A stretch of 57,870 nucleotides of DNA, counting the filler, from Sphacelaria rigidula (taxonomy: Eukaryota): assembly GCA_964200075.2 (NCBI GenBank). It is 9 parts of 9 records of this genome, joined end to end, with 100 filler letters (N's around TTAATTAATTAA, not from the genome) between each part and the next. Parts side by side here need not be neighbours in the genome. Positions count along the whole stretch, not along the records: positions 6,443 to 12,784 come from CAXNAA020020659.1; positions 12,885 to 19,225 come from CAXNAA020020660.1; positions 19,326 to 25,666 come from CAXNAA020020661.1; 6 more parts are not named here. One strand, 5' to 3'. The notes beneath the pieces were generated by a model. It saw only the letters and a program-made list of their open reading frames with translations, did not search any database and was not told where the DNA came from. The position numbers and the translations under genes were made by a program. Shown here in pieces: positions 11,031-24,000 of this stretch (position 1 is its first letter; every line of letters begins with the position of its first letter).

Positions 11031-13764
11031 CCTAAAGGGCTAATCGTAATCGTATAGGGTGTTGACGTGTTGCGTTTTTGTGGTTCATCGCCACAGCTCA
11101 ACGTTGCACATCAGTATAGCAGCGCTAACACGATAGAAGTGGTCGTGGATACAAGTTGGAGAGAATAAAGGGGGCATTCAGAAATGCTCATGGGGGCTTG
11201 CGAATCGTATGCCATCTTCCATTGTTCGTCGCCCCTTCAGCGGAGGATTGTTGTAGAATATCGATCGACTTCGTGTAATAGTCGCTTCCACCTGTATTGC
11301 TAGTTCAAGGCAGTCGTTTCGACGGGTGTTTTGAATCTCACGTCAGTATGGTTAAATTTTAACGCCTCTGGAACTCTATCGTTTCATGTCCGGGTTAAAC
11401 GACTCCTCATTTCGAGACTTGAAAAAAAGATGAACAGAAAGTATATGAACAGAAAAGATCCAGCGCAACCATGGATACGAAAAGGCGAAGGAAACAATAC
11501 AACTACACGTGAAGCGAGTGGCAGAAAAAAAAGGTCACCCCGGTGTGAGCACGTCAGACTGTTGACTAATGGCACGCTCCGGGCGAAGTTTGTGTGCCCA
11601 ATTTTATCCATGTCATAATATAATCAGTCGCGGCATTTAAAGTCTCGTTCTTCGAATCGATAGTTCAAATCGTCAGTTTCAATGGCTTCATTTGCTCAGT
11701 AGAAAAACTCACGTTTGCACGGGTCGCGTCATTCAAGGTGACATTCAAAATTGCAAAAACCCGATGCTGTGCTGTACGGTACTGTACTGTACTAGGCAGG
11801 ATAGATGGTGACAACGACCGTGTAAGCAAGCGCCTCGCCCATCGAGCTCAACACCGCGGCCCACGTACCCTCTGTCGTACACGCTGCGACCTCCTGTTAC
11901 ACGTGAATTGAGTCGCGAAGGTCTGTCTGTGATGGTGATATTCTCCCACTCGCAGGCAGCACCATCAGCTCGAGCCGACAACCAATTTCGGTTCAGACCG
12001 GACACGTTCATTTCGTTCATCAAGCGAAACATGTTGCTCGTGCTAGTGAGTCATGTGACTAATGCGCATCAATCCCCGCTTTCTGAAAGTGATACTTGGA
12101 TTTGGCGGCGAGTACCGTAATGCCACGCCAGATGTATTCCGTAGGCATGCACATGCCGTTGGCTGTGTCGTCGTCTATAGCATCGGCTGTGCGGAGATGG
12201 AGGAGCCGTCGACGGCATGGTAAATACAAGCAAATGAATTTGAGAAGACAAGTATGCACGTGTCAAAGTACGGTTGCATATTGCCCGCTTCATGGGTGTG
12301 GCGTGTATAAGTGTATCACAAGGCAGCAAAGCACCACCATAAGGACAGTGGAGCGCCACGTGTACTGTAGGCTGTGAGCATTACTACTACAGTATACGGC
12401 GTGAGTAACGCGCGGTTGCTGGGGTGGTGGGTGTGGTGGGTGTACGCCTGGAGGAGACTGCTGAGAGGTGGTGCACTCCTGACTTTTTTGTGTTCTGTTG
12501 CTGTCTGTACTGACGTTCGTTGCACTTGTGTGCGTGTTCAAAGGGAGAGCGAAGTGATCAACCATGCGTGCCGTTTCAGCACCTCCCACGGGCATGAAGG
12601 TCTGACAATATCGCATTTCGTCGAAGGTGTCGAGTAAAAGCTAATGGCGCGGCAACCATACTTGAGAAGAAAATCGTCAGTCTAGACGTCTCCAGTTCCG
12701 AAAGGGGTGACACCGGTAGGCTTCGATATCCGTACCCCATCCCCCCCCCCCCCCCCCCCCAGCCCTATCACGCCCACACACGCCNNNNNNNNNNNNNNNN
12801 NNNNNNNNNNNNNNNNNNNNNNNNNNNNTTAATTAATTAANNNNNNNNNNNNNNNNNNNNNNNNNNNNNNNNNNNNNNNNNNNNCACACTTATGAGCCTC
12901 TTTTTTCGTGCAACCAAATACCCCGCCCCTATCGTAGGATGACTCTAACACCAACACTAGCTCCAACCCCGACCCCGACCCAAGGCGCATGAGACCCTCG
13001 GGCAAGGAGGGTGCATAGGTTCTCCTAGGCCAAGTGTGCGTTGGCAGACTTCAAATCGTCGTCTAAAACGCCGATTTCGACAAAAACACGTTCTGGGCGA
13101 GCTGGGTCCACTGCTCATCTGCCGCAGACCATGTATCTTTCGGACCTTTGTCGAGTCCAAAACCTTGTAGTCATCCCTATCAAGTATTGTGCACGAAGAT
13201 TTATTTAGGTCTACTGCTCTTCACGATTCAATCTGATGCTCGTGTGTAGTAAGTGAGTGTCTCGTCCAGGAGGCTCAACCAGACCTCATCGTCCTTGTCG
13301 CCGAAGCCAGTCTACACACCGGCACACGCTCTTTTGTATCAAGGGTGTGCGTGCCAGCTTTCGACAGCGGTGCCAACTGCCTCCGCGCACACACCGTATT
13401 CCAACATGCCCGCGCTCAGGGTGTAGACACATTACACTGCTTGCAGGCCAGGATATGCCCGCACTCAGGGTGTCGACATATTATACTGCTGCATTAGAAC
13501 AGGGGTGGGTGTGTGCCTGATGAGCACCGTGTTGACCCAACTCCACCACCACACCACAGCCTTGGTCAAGGGTAGCAGTGAGAAGGAATCACTCCGTGAA
13601 GGTGATTCCGGCCCTACACCCGCCGAAAATACCCTCCCCACGCCGTACCGACAAGACTGGTCATGACCTTCGTTGGAGGACGGGGAATGGAGCAACAACT
13701 GCTCTACTCAAACTTTGAGTACGTCTGCTCCAAGGGTCAAATAGCCTCTTGTTATACTACAACC

Positions 13765-13868
13765 CAAAGTGTCGTGGAGCAATTCAAAAGGCCCCCGTTA
13801 GCGCGGGTCGGATAAACTTTCTCGCTCTCATTTGGATCTTCAACTCTCAATTTCACGGAAACATGGTT
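13765..13868. mobile_element. End of an AACA-TIR subfamily element; ~100-bp end shared with 20942-21044
   Basis: The block caattcaaaaggcccccgttagcgcgg..ggataaactttctcg..ggatcttcaactctcaatttca..aaacat.gtt is near-identical in contigs 3 and 4. Confidence 0.8.
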
Positions 13869-14482
13869 GGTAGTACTCTGTGAGACCCAGGGAATGTGAG
13901 ATGGGTGTAAAAGCGATACATCAAGACGCCCCGTTCTCTAGGGTCGACATTCTATACTTAGGTTATGGATCATGCCACACTCAAATATTTGTAGAGAGTG
14001 TGGAGCGAAAATAGCAACTACGGTAGTATATATTCATGGAGGTTCTAAGGTAGCGTGTGTGACGCGAGAATAAACAAAACAAGGAAGCAATTGCGCACCG
14101 TGAAATAGGTGCCGACCCTCTGGCGGAAAATACAAGGGGAAAAAAACGTGTGCGGTTTGCTAGCCAAGGCGTAGCTTCTTCTGTGAAGTCATGTAAGAGA
14201 CTACATATGTAAGGGGTTAGGAGGGCTAGTACACAGGAGCAAGTTCGGAATAAAACAGGTTGAGATGAGATATTCAGTGAGAGGCATCATCACCTGGGCA
14301 TCGCCCCCCAAGCTGCTTTTGTAAGCAAGACGTCTCTGCAGAACAATAAAAAGCTAAGATCAAAATATTTGCCCACAAGTTCGACAAAGTTCGAGTCTTC
14401 CTTCATGTCTTCGTCAGCCCGCTACCCTAGGAAGTCGACCACGTTGCAACCTGCATCAGCGAGGGTACAGGTTCCCGTCTGA

Positions 14483-16060
14483 GTAAATGGAACGAAGGTT
14501 CTAGCCATAACCATTGATACTGCTTCAGACCTCCCGATCATCAGTTTAAAGTTCATCCGTTCACACCCCACATTGAGGGAGGAGGACATTCAATCAGCCC
14601 CCCCCCCGCATTTTACTGATCTGAGGAGCGCCGACGGTTCACCAATCACGATAGAAGGATTTATTCGCTTCGACCTCACACTAGGTGACATTTCCATGCC
14701 CGTCGAAGCATTTGTCCTCAGGGATCTTGGTCCGGATCTCATGCTGATGGAGAACTCAGTGATGAGCGTATTCGGAGAGATCCTCGATTGGGAGGCAGAA
14801 AGTTTGACGTTTCGTAGTTCAACAGTTCGCCTCATAGCTACTTAGAGAAGAAAATAGAAGAAACGTTTATCTGACTTTTTCGGAAAATGATTGTTGTCTG
14901 TCATACGGGTGGCACCGGCTGAAAATGTACCGGTATACCTCTCAAAGAGGTGCTCGGTCCCACCTCGAATTGACATGGCTCTCCCTGTCGAAACAAATAA
15001 ACCGCCAAAGTTTGCAATTGAAGTGGGCATTGAGCCACGACTTGTAACGGGTGAAAACCTCCAATCCCAAAAAGTACCAGATGCTTTTAGCCGCCTCTTT
15101 GTAGCACGCACAGCCTGCACTTGTTCAGCGGTCAAATAGACAGCTATGGTACAAGTAGTAAATCCGTCGAATCGGCACGTCCAACTCCTACGAAATTGCT
15201 TTTGGGATATATCTCACAAGTTTGGATAAACAAGCCGACGGAAAACGTCAATGAAGTTTCACAATTTGAAATGAACAAGCTGACGGAAAACGTCAGTGCA
15301 ATTTTACTAGTTAAACAGCACAATACTGAGGTAGGAGATGATATGACGACAGCGCTCCAAAATTCGCTCTAAAAATACCCCCTCTCTTGAATATCAGAAG
15401 AGCCAAGTGCTCGTTATGCATCAAATACAGATCAGTCTTCTCACTGTCGTCGCGGGAGGTTGTTGTACGATCGGAGAGGCGACGTTTCCCCCAGTTCCGG
15501 GCACGAAACCCGTCGATATAGCTCCGTACAGGGCCAATCCCAGAATCCAAGAAGTCGTCAATATGTACGTAGATGAAATGAAAAGAGACAGGATAATTGA
15601 ACAAAGAGCCAGCCCATGGAGCTTTGCGGTGACAATAGTAGCCAAACATGACGATACAGCCCGATTTCGTGTCGACTACAGATCCACGCATAATAGAGTC
15701 TTGTGCGAAAATCATGGTCCATGCCTAATTTGGGAAGGCATGCAGACACGGTGGCAGGCGCAAAAATTATCTCTGTCTTTGATGTACAGAGCGCGTCCCA
15801 TCAGATCCCAGTAGCGGAGGAGAAGAAAGAAAAACGGCATCCGTCACCGAGAAAGGTAAGTGGGTGTTCAACCGACTGCCGTTGCGCTTGGCATCTTCCC
15901 CGTTCATTTTCTCGCGAATAATGGCTCTTACTTTCTCACACTTTGGACCCAACAGCGGTCTGTCAGTGTACATCGATTATTTGATCGCCTGTTCCTCCAA
16001 ATGGGAACGCCATGTGACTCTTGTAGCCAAATGATATCAAGCCGTAGGTTTCAGTATAAC
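14483..16060 (+). pseudogene. Degraded Ty3/Gypsy pol (aspartic protease + reverse transcriptase), element A
   Basis: Protease-like ITIDTAS near 14510. RT N-terminal blocks PVDIAPYRANP, IIEQRASPWSFAVTIVAKHDDTARFRVDYR and ISVFDVQSASHQIPV, and a decayed YIDD (VYIDYLI) near 15968. Many stops and frameshifts. Confidence 0.85.
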
Positions 16061-16169
16061 CGCATGCATGGTTGGGACAGTGGCAGGGGACAGGGAATCC
16101 TGGATTGATGGCCCTTTTCTGTGTGGCCCCTCGCTGTTTGGCTCGTGATGTGATCTGTTGAGGATCACT

Positions 16170-19100
16170 CCGTGATAGTAACAAGTTAGAAAAGAGACTT
16201 GTCGAGCACGAGGCCAATGATACCGGAGGAGTCCCTCGTTTGGCAGAGGTTATAATATCTAGATATTATTTTCGACACTCTGTTGTAGGATTTTGGCTGA
16301 GGAGAGGGGCCGCAGCTGGAAGCCAGTTTGGCCCACAGTCGAAAGGAGACCAACTTGAAGCCAACTCGAAGCGCACAGAAGTGGAGGACACTCCGTGCGC
16401 TGGAGGACGCACAAGTCAGGCAAGAGTTTCTTCGTGAAGTATTTGAATCCTAGACCACGTGGCTCAAGCGGCGGCAGCGCCGCTGGTGTTAGGTGAGCCG
16501 CTAGGCCCGCCAAAGTATGGCGAGGTGTTGACCGAGGAAGCATCAAGAGTTTTTGTACGCAGCATTTCTCCACTAAATAAAGGGGTTGTATCTTGCAAAT
16601 GCTCAAGGAGCTGTAAGGCATGCTAGGGTGAGCATCGGACAACTGATCCCGACGTACATTCATCGGTGCTTTGAAGGCATGTACAAGGACCGTTGGCCTA
16701 TGTTCCCCCACGAATTGCTAGATGCTGTGAAGCAGCATGCTGGGTACACCACAACCAACGGCAAGCATGACACTGCGCGAGCTGCGGCAGACCTGCGTAG
16801 AGTTCTCACTATGCAGCAAAGCAGTGGAGCATCCGCCAAGGATCGAGCGATGGTGGTCAAGTCATCGATGGAATAGGTTTTTGCTAGAAAACTCACGGTG
16901 CAAGCCATGTACCGTGCGGAGGACAGGAGCTGGTTGCCAGGCCCAGCCGAGTCGGTTTCCACAGCTTTGGTGGACGGGATTTCGCCTTCGGAATTCAAGG
17001 CGTATGTTTAAAGTGTACAAACGTGTGTAGACGACTGAAAAAATAACCCAACGGTGGTGTTCAACGAAATATTTGATGCCGCCGACCACTGGAAGTTGAT
17101 CGAGGCGCATGGCCGGCGCGACTCTGCGGCAAATGCAGGTGGTGCGCGCCGCAAACAACAACAGCAAGAGAAACGGCAGCCGTCTTCGCGAGCGTCGTCC
17201 ACTCGCGCGTGTTACAACTGTGGTGACCACGGACACCTGATTAAGGACTGCCCCAAGCCTCGCGCTGAAGGCGCTGCTCAGAGCAATGCGCGAGAATCAT
17301 CAGGATCTCGAGGCGGTCGTCATCGTCGACGGAGACGTGCCAATCATGGACGCGGGGGCGGCGGCCGCGGTAGCCAGTAATCGACGGCGGATGGTGGTTC
17401 CTACGCTGCTGTTTTTTCCACCACGTCATCAGGTGATGACTTTGAACTTTCTGGTTCTTCCGTGTCGGGGCGAACAGTTTACGTGGGAAATGCAAATACT
17501 TCGGTGGGGAGTGCTGGAGCGAATAGTTCGCAACCCCTCGGCCAGGCAGAATCCGTGTCTCGCGCATCTCTTTCTGCTGCGACGGCTGTAACAGCGCCGT
17601 CGGCATATTCGGCGACATGGTCGAGGAGGACCACCGATTCTCAGTTATCGATACCAAGTACTGGAGCGTAGCCCTGGCGTCAACTCTTGGTACCGACAAG
17701 GGTTCTTCGGCAGGTGTAGTACCTGTCGATCGCAACACCGAACGTTTACGCGCAGGTCTTTCCTTGCCTGGTTCCGTAGGTTCGTTCATGGCCCGCGTCA
17801 TTCTGGGTTCTGGACCCGCGCTCACGTCGATCGGTACGGGGTCGCTAGAACAAAGCTCTTCGCAGTTTTGCAGCGCTCAGCTACAGATTCCGTTCGAAAA
17901 TGGACCGCAAACGGCGCAGACCGCCACGGGTGCTGCCGTGACGGTTACACATAAGACGGTGCCGATTGCTGTTAGCGTGCGTACGCCGTGGGGGGCTGTG
18001 GAGTCGCCGCCCATCACTTTCGTTGTCATGCCTGTCAGGGACAACGTGGTTCTGTTTGGGATAGCGACGATGAAGAAACTCGGGATTGTTTTGTATCCGC
18101 TGGCGTTGGACGAGTTACGCCCGCGTGCTGTGCCGTTGCAAACCGGCGTGGAAAACTCAAGATACCTTGCTGCAAGGCGTGTGATGTATCCATACGGTCA
18201 TTCTAGAGCGCCAATGAAGAGGAGGCTCCTGCGGATGAAGCGCTGGAGCGCTTGGTCGTTCGGAGGCCCGACATGCCCATGGACCCAGAGGAGGAGAGAG
18301 GTGCAAGAGAACGTTCGCTAGAGGATAGCGTGCAGCAGGCCGAGCAGAACGGCCTGAACGCCGATGGAGCACGTTGTCCGCGTGATATGTTGGCTCGTCG
18401 CGTGGATACATTTCGTCGCGCGCTTCGTGGTGATCCGCCAGCGCGCGTGGAGCCCATGAGGGTACAACTCAAGCCACAGGCAAAGGCTGTGAAGGCCAAG
18501 CCCTGACGCTATGATCCGGTGAAAACCGGGTGGCTTGCTTCATGCATTGCAGCTTTGGTGGCGTTTGGTTTGTTGCTTAGGAACATCCACGGTGTGTGGG
18601 CGAGTCCGGTGATGGCAGCGCTGAAGAGGGACATATTCGATTTGGTCAGCGACTACCGGGCGGTGAACGCGCAGATGGAACAGTCTCCGGGGGTGATACC
18701 TTGTCGAGAAGACATGCGGGTTGCTGGGAGCCCCTCCGGAAACTTGGACCTACTACAGGGCTATTGGCAGATTCCTCTGGCACCGGGGAGACTCAGGAGA
18801 TCTCCAAGACCGTCACGTTTGACTGTTTACGCCTACTCGTGTCCCGCAAGGCGAGTTGACAGCCACGGCGTGTTTCCAAGGTGTGCTGACTGACGTTTTG
18901 CGAGGTCTAAACTGTAAAGTGTGGGTGCATTTCTATTTTGCTGAAACCGAAGAAGCATTCTTAGCTTTGCTTGACGAAATTCTTGGCCGCCTGGAGAGTG
19001 TTGGTCTGTTCGTCGCTGAGCATAAGTGCACCATTTTTGCCCGCGAAGTGGTTTGGTATGGTACGCTTTACTCCAAGGGTACTGTTTCGCATGATCCCGT

Positions 19101-19180
19101 CCGTATCCAAGGTTTGAGCAATATGCGACGTACTCAAATCGCTAGTGAGCTGATGCAGTTTCTGCAGGGGGGTATCTAAT
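16170..19180 (+). pseudogene. Degraded Ty3/Gypsy gag-pol, element B (gag zinc knuckle, protease, RT)
   Basis: CCHC knuckle CYNCGDHGHLIKDC (17210-17251), protease-like ARVILGSG..VVLFG, then RT blocks PPARVEPMRVQLKP, WASPVM..LVSDYRAVN, LDLLQGYWQIPL and KCTIFAREVVWYG. Frameshifted. Confidence 0.9.
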
Positions 19181-19325
19181 CCCATTTGCTCCCCTAGCTT
19201 TCGTCTCTTAGTGTCAGAAATGGCCNNNNNNNNNNNNNNNNNNNNNNNNNNNNNNNNNNNNNNNNNNNNTTAATTAATTAANNNNNNNNNNNNNNNNNNN
19301 NNNNNNNNNNNNNNNNNNNNNNNNN

Positions 19326-19388
19326 ACTGATTGACCGCTTTTCACTCTCAATCGTATCATCTACTCTCAATCTCACGAAAACACTGTT
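19326..19388. mobile_element. AACA-family TIR (left end, reverse orientation) at contig start
   Basis: Reverse complement of 44176-44238 (aacagtgttttcgtgagattgagagtagatgatacgattgagagtgaaaagcggtcaat). Confidence 0.9.
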
Positions 19389-19900
19389 AGTTGTGGATTG
19401 GACTGTTGGGCGTGTGAAGTTGTGGCGGGAGCCACTGTTTGATGTGAAAAATGACACCTTTATTTTTTCATCAATTTCACATGAACATACAGTAGCTCAC
19501 ATCCAGAACCAAGACCGGTATCAGACCCGCAACAAAGTTAAAAAAACAAATTACGAACAGAAACGCCACGAATACACAAACCAAGTCACATGGAGCGCCC
19601 GTGGGCAGGTACTAGCTGCTGATCATGGAGTGCATAATCCCGTTGGAGTACTATGTGCGCCAAGTTGTGCGTAAATCTTAGCTTTAATGCCTTTGTTATG
19701 CTGTAATCTCCAAATACATATGTTTTGCAAAACACGCATGTGCTTATGCGCAAAACCCCGTTTCATGCGAAATTATATGCGCGCATAAGAAGCAAAAGCC
19801 TTCATGTTTTCGAGGCAAGCATGCACGTGGTAATACATGTTGGAACAAGTCTCAGCCAAGCGTCGAGCGGGAATAATCAAATTCAGAATGCTCCTCACAG

Positions 19901-20475
19901 GGATTGGTTGTGGTGAATCTTTCCTGACGTCGGGATCATCGTACTGTCCTCGGAAAGGTTCAACCTGCCAGGAGATGCCGTGGTGGGTACCGGGGTGGAG
20001 AGCACGCATCTAGTGGAGGTCGCTCTCGAGCTTGGTCGTCCCACGGAGCTCTTCCTCCACAACCGCGGTTTCGCGACCGAGGTTGGGGGCCGTATGGAGA
20101 GGGCCTTCCAAAAAGCTTTCATGTTGGGGATGTTCAAGGTAAGCCCCCGAGAAACCAAATACTTGCTCGAGGTATCGCGATCCTTAGTCGGCGTCTTCGG
20201 CCGATGTGCAGGTACCGGATCGGATTTGATCACTCGCGACTTATATCTAATGTGCCAGATGAAGCTTACACCAATTACCCTGACCTCGCGTGTGCTCATG
20301 CGTCACCTTTGCTGGTAGTATGATATCAGCGGCGAGGGTGTACGTGGGGCCGAGACTGCTCCCATCCGCGCTGCCCACGGACACTACGCCGGGAGGATTG
20401 CTGGTTCGGGGTTCGGGAGAGACGACCAAAAAAATCATGACGGGTGCCGCACGAACTTTCGACTACAAGCTGGAG
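19901..20475 (+). pseudogene. Two exon-like segments of an unidentified, probably decayed spliced gene
   Basis: Acceptor ctcctcacag at 19900, reading DWLW*IFPDVGIIVLSSERF..MLGMFK|gtaagc. A second segment MISAARVYVGPRLLP..FDYKLE|gtaaga follows. An in-frame stop is present. Confidence 0.35.
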
Positions 20476-20941
20476 GTAAGAACAGCGTTGCATGACAGGC
20501 GATAGAGACACTGCAACCCCGTAGTCCTCTTTTCCCTCGCCTTTTACCGCCGTTTGCGTCCTGATATGTACGCGAGTGTCTCATGATTTGAAGGAATATC
20601 AGGGGTGCACGAAAAAACAAATCCCGCACACCTGTGTACCCCCCCCCCCGCCCCTACCCCCCCGGAGGGCCGAGAAAGAGGTTTGCCCCCTTATTTTTCC
20701 CCCCCAAGTTTACATTTTATTTCGCCTGTATGTAGTGCCCATTACACCTCGAACACGTGCCAAATACGACTCGTACTCGTCGGGAACACCTGCGTGCTGT
20801 CGAGGGGTGATTATCTTGGCTTGCCCTGACGGTAGTTGTAGTCGGAGACAACCCTCAAACATGACCACCCCCGGGGGGAACCTTGGACAAAAGTAATGCG
20901 AATCCCCCTCTTATCAAGGGGGGGTACCCCTCCCCCCCAAA

Positions 20942-21044
20942 AAAGTGTGGTGGAACAATTCAAAAGGCCCCCGTTAGCGCGGTTCGGATAAACTTTCTCG
21001 TTCTCATCTGGATCTTCAACTCTCAATTTCATGAAAACATTGTT
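20942..21044. mobile_element. AACA-TIR subfamily end abutting the Gypsy C gag region
   Basis: Near-identical to 13765-13868. Confidence 0.8.
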
Positions 21045-21049
21045 TTTCG

Positions 21050-24000
21050 TACACCAAGATGGTAATCTAACGCCCGCCATACGTGGCAAACCTGTCACGT
21101 CTGTGCGTTCACAACCTACGGTTGTGTCCTCCGCTCATACCCAAGGGTCTCGCGGCAGGAATTCGAGCTCATCTCGCGCTTCATGGACCCCCGACTCGGT
21201 CGCATGTTCAGTTATGCATGCTCAGAGTACCAGAGATGCAGTCAGCGCGAGTTTTGATGGCCGTTTTCCGAGGAAACTCGGGATGATGTTTATTTGACTT
21301 CAACAATGGCATTCATTACAGATGATCCCTATTTGTGGAACCGACTTTCATCTCCTGCTAGACGCAATGCCTTCAGCAGTCATACCAGCAGTTGCACCAA
21401 CTGTAGTGTTCAAGGTCACAGTATGCACGACTGCGATAGTCCATACATCAATGCCTTTGATCTCATGAACCCAAAACTGCAGGACAATGAACCCGCGTGG
21501 CGCCGATGGTGAAAACACATGCGCGACTATCGCCCACCTAACCGAAATTACCGGAACAATTCGAATCAACGTGGCAACAAAAGCTCTAATTGCGGTCGCC
21601 AACAAAACAAAAATAATGCAAGCCCTCGCCAGAACGATCGAAGTTCTCGCGACCACAAACGTCCCGCTGATGGACACCAGCGGACGGGACCGACACAAAG
21701 CTCTAATCCCAACACCAGAAAGGTACCTTCACTACGGATTGCACAGATCCATGACGTGCCGACGCCGGCGTTCTTCGGTCTTCCGCGCCCCCGACAGCAC
21801 GAGCGAAGACTTTCTCAGCACAGACCGCGGAGTCCGTCACTAAGATTGCTCACCCGACTTCCCCGGCGCTATCCAGGTGCGTAACTGCCTTTCATATCGA
21901 CCCCCGTCTCTAACCTCCACAGACTTTCCAACACAGCCCGCAGAGCCCGCCACTAAGATTGCTCACCCGACTCCCCCGGCGCTATCCAGGTGCGTCACTG
22001 ACGGCCGTTCATATCGACCCCCGTCTCCAACCTCCACAAACTTTCCAACACAGCCCGCAGAGCCCGCCACCAAGACTGTTCGCCCGACTCCCCCGGCACT
22101 ATGCAGGAGTGCAACTGACGGCCGTTCATCTCGACCCCCGTCTTCACCCCTCCACACACCGCGTAAAAGTTGTGTTACCCCGCGATTCAGACATACACCC
22201 AGCTTTGAACTTGGTCCTTCAGTGCCGAGTGTAAGTCTGAGGTGTGGGAGGACCAACCGCCAGTCCCTGAGGCAAAGGCTTCCCCCAGCGACCGCACGCA
22301 CAGGTAGTAGCAAGCCTTCTTCAGCTGACCCAAGTGTTGCTGATTTGAACCTGACCACATCGGATCATGTAATTCCCAATCAGGTGGATCAAGCTCCTTC
22401 CTCGCGATTTTCAACACGCACGGACCTACCTTCGGCCGGTTCTACTTACAACCGCCCCAAAATATTTTCGGCTATGACCCACGAGCCAAGCTTACCTACG
22501 GAAACCAGCCCACAAATTTCGCTCTGTCATGCCCCGATGCTGATCCCATGCACGCAACTGGACGCAGTTGTGGTTTCATCCCAAAATGTTTTGGAAGTTC
22601 CCCGACGTTTGTCACGGCGAAAGAGAAAGACCCGTAAGCATGCCCCCCAGGACGCGCACGCATCATCACGTACACCTCTTTCGAGCGCAAATCCTCGACA
22701 TCCATCTCTCCAAAATGCGACGACTTTGAGTTCGACGGCTCTATCAAGTATCCCGGAAGGACCAACATCAAATAATTCTAGCGGTACTACTTCCTCAATC
22801 GACGACTCCAGCCCCGCACAATCTGGATTCCCCTTGGACGGTGATCCCTATCAACCAAAGACGATCATTTACGAAATCGCCAGTGGTCACTCTGACCGTG
22901 CCACACCTGGAATACTATACCGTCCACCCCCTTTTCTAGTGAGAAATCTGACCCACCGGGGGATTACCCCCCGTGCGTTTTTGCTGTCAGCCCCGCTGAT
23001 CCTGACCAATTGACCGTGCCAGGACGCGGTCCGGATCTTGTCGACGGTAAAGTGTCTGTAGATCCGGCCACTTTCACTACATGCGTTGCGATCCGTTCTG
23101 GTCCAAACGCTACCACGCCTACAAAGTGCATATCTTCGTTGGACAGCGGCAGCCCGCAAACATTGATTCGAGAATCGACATGGGAACACATGAAACAGAC
23201 CGGCGCTGCTACTGCAGCTCGCGAAACCACCACCGAACCTCGAGTATGGGGCGGTTTCGGTGATTCTTCTGCACCACTGACGACACATAAATCCGTACGT
23301 CTCACTGTGCGATCCTTTCACAACACCACGCGATCTGCCCGCCTGGCAGTCTGGGCATACATCATCCCCGACAGCACAATGCACTACGGCATATTATTGG
23401 GCAGAGATAGCTATATGCGGTTCAATAGACGTACCTACCGCACGCTTCCACAACTATCGCCACATTCCACGCCTTGTGGAGATTTCAACCTCGAGCACTT
23501 TGGTACTCTCCACGGCGCCCTGGCCTATCAGAAGAATCCTCAAGCAACCGGAGCTGCTCCCCACCTACGATACAACGGTAGCATGGGTATTACACTCTGC
23601 GACGACCCCCAACTTCTTGAAGTTGCACTAGTTCACCGAAATATGCCAGCACTTACGGGTCATTGTCTTGCCGAAATGTTACCCCGTATTGGCGCACCAG
23701 CCGACACAGAACATTTTGTGGCGGCAGAACAACAACTCCTCCCTCTTACGGGTCATGCTAACTTGGAACCTGGCGATGTTTTAGGAATCGCCGATGCTCC
23801 CCTGATGCACATCCCACTCGAGACGTGCGTAACAGAGCTTGCCGCGCCAAACGCCATATCTCCGGCGGAGTCAGTCCACTGTGCCGATTAACCTTATTTC
23901 GACCTCGCCTCTGCGACCCCACCCCAGGTCCACACCGTCGATCCTGCCCAGTCAAATTCCGACTCTCCTGCTGAAGCACTTCAACGCCCATCACCAGATT

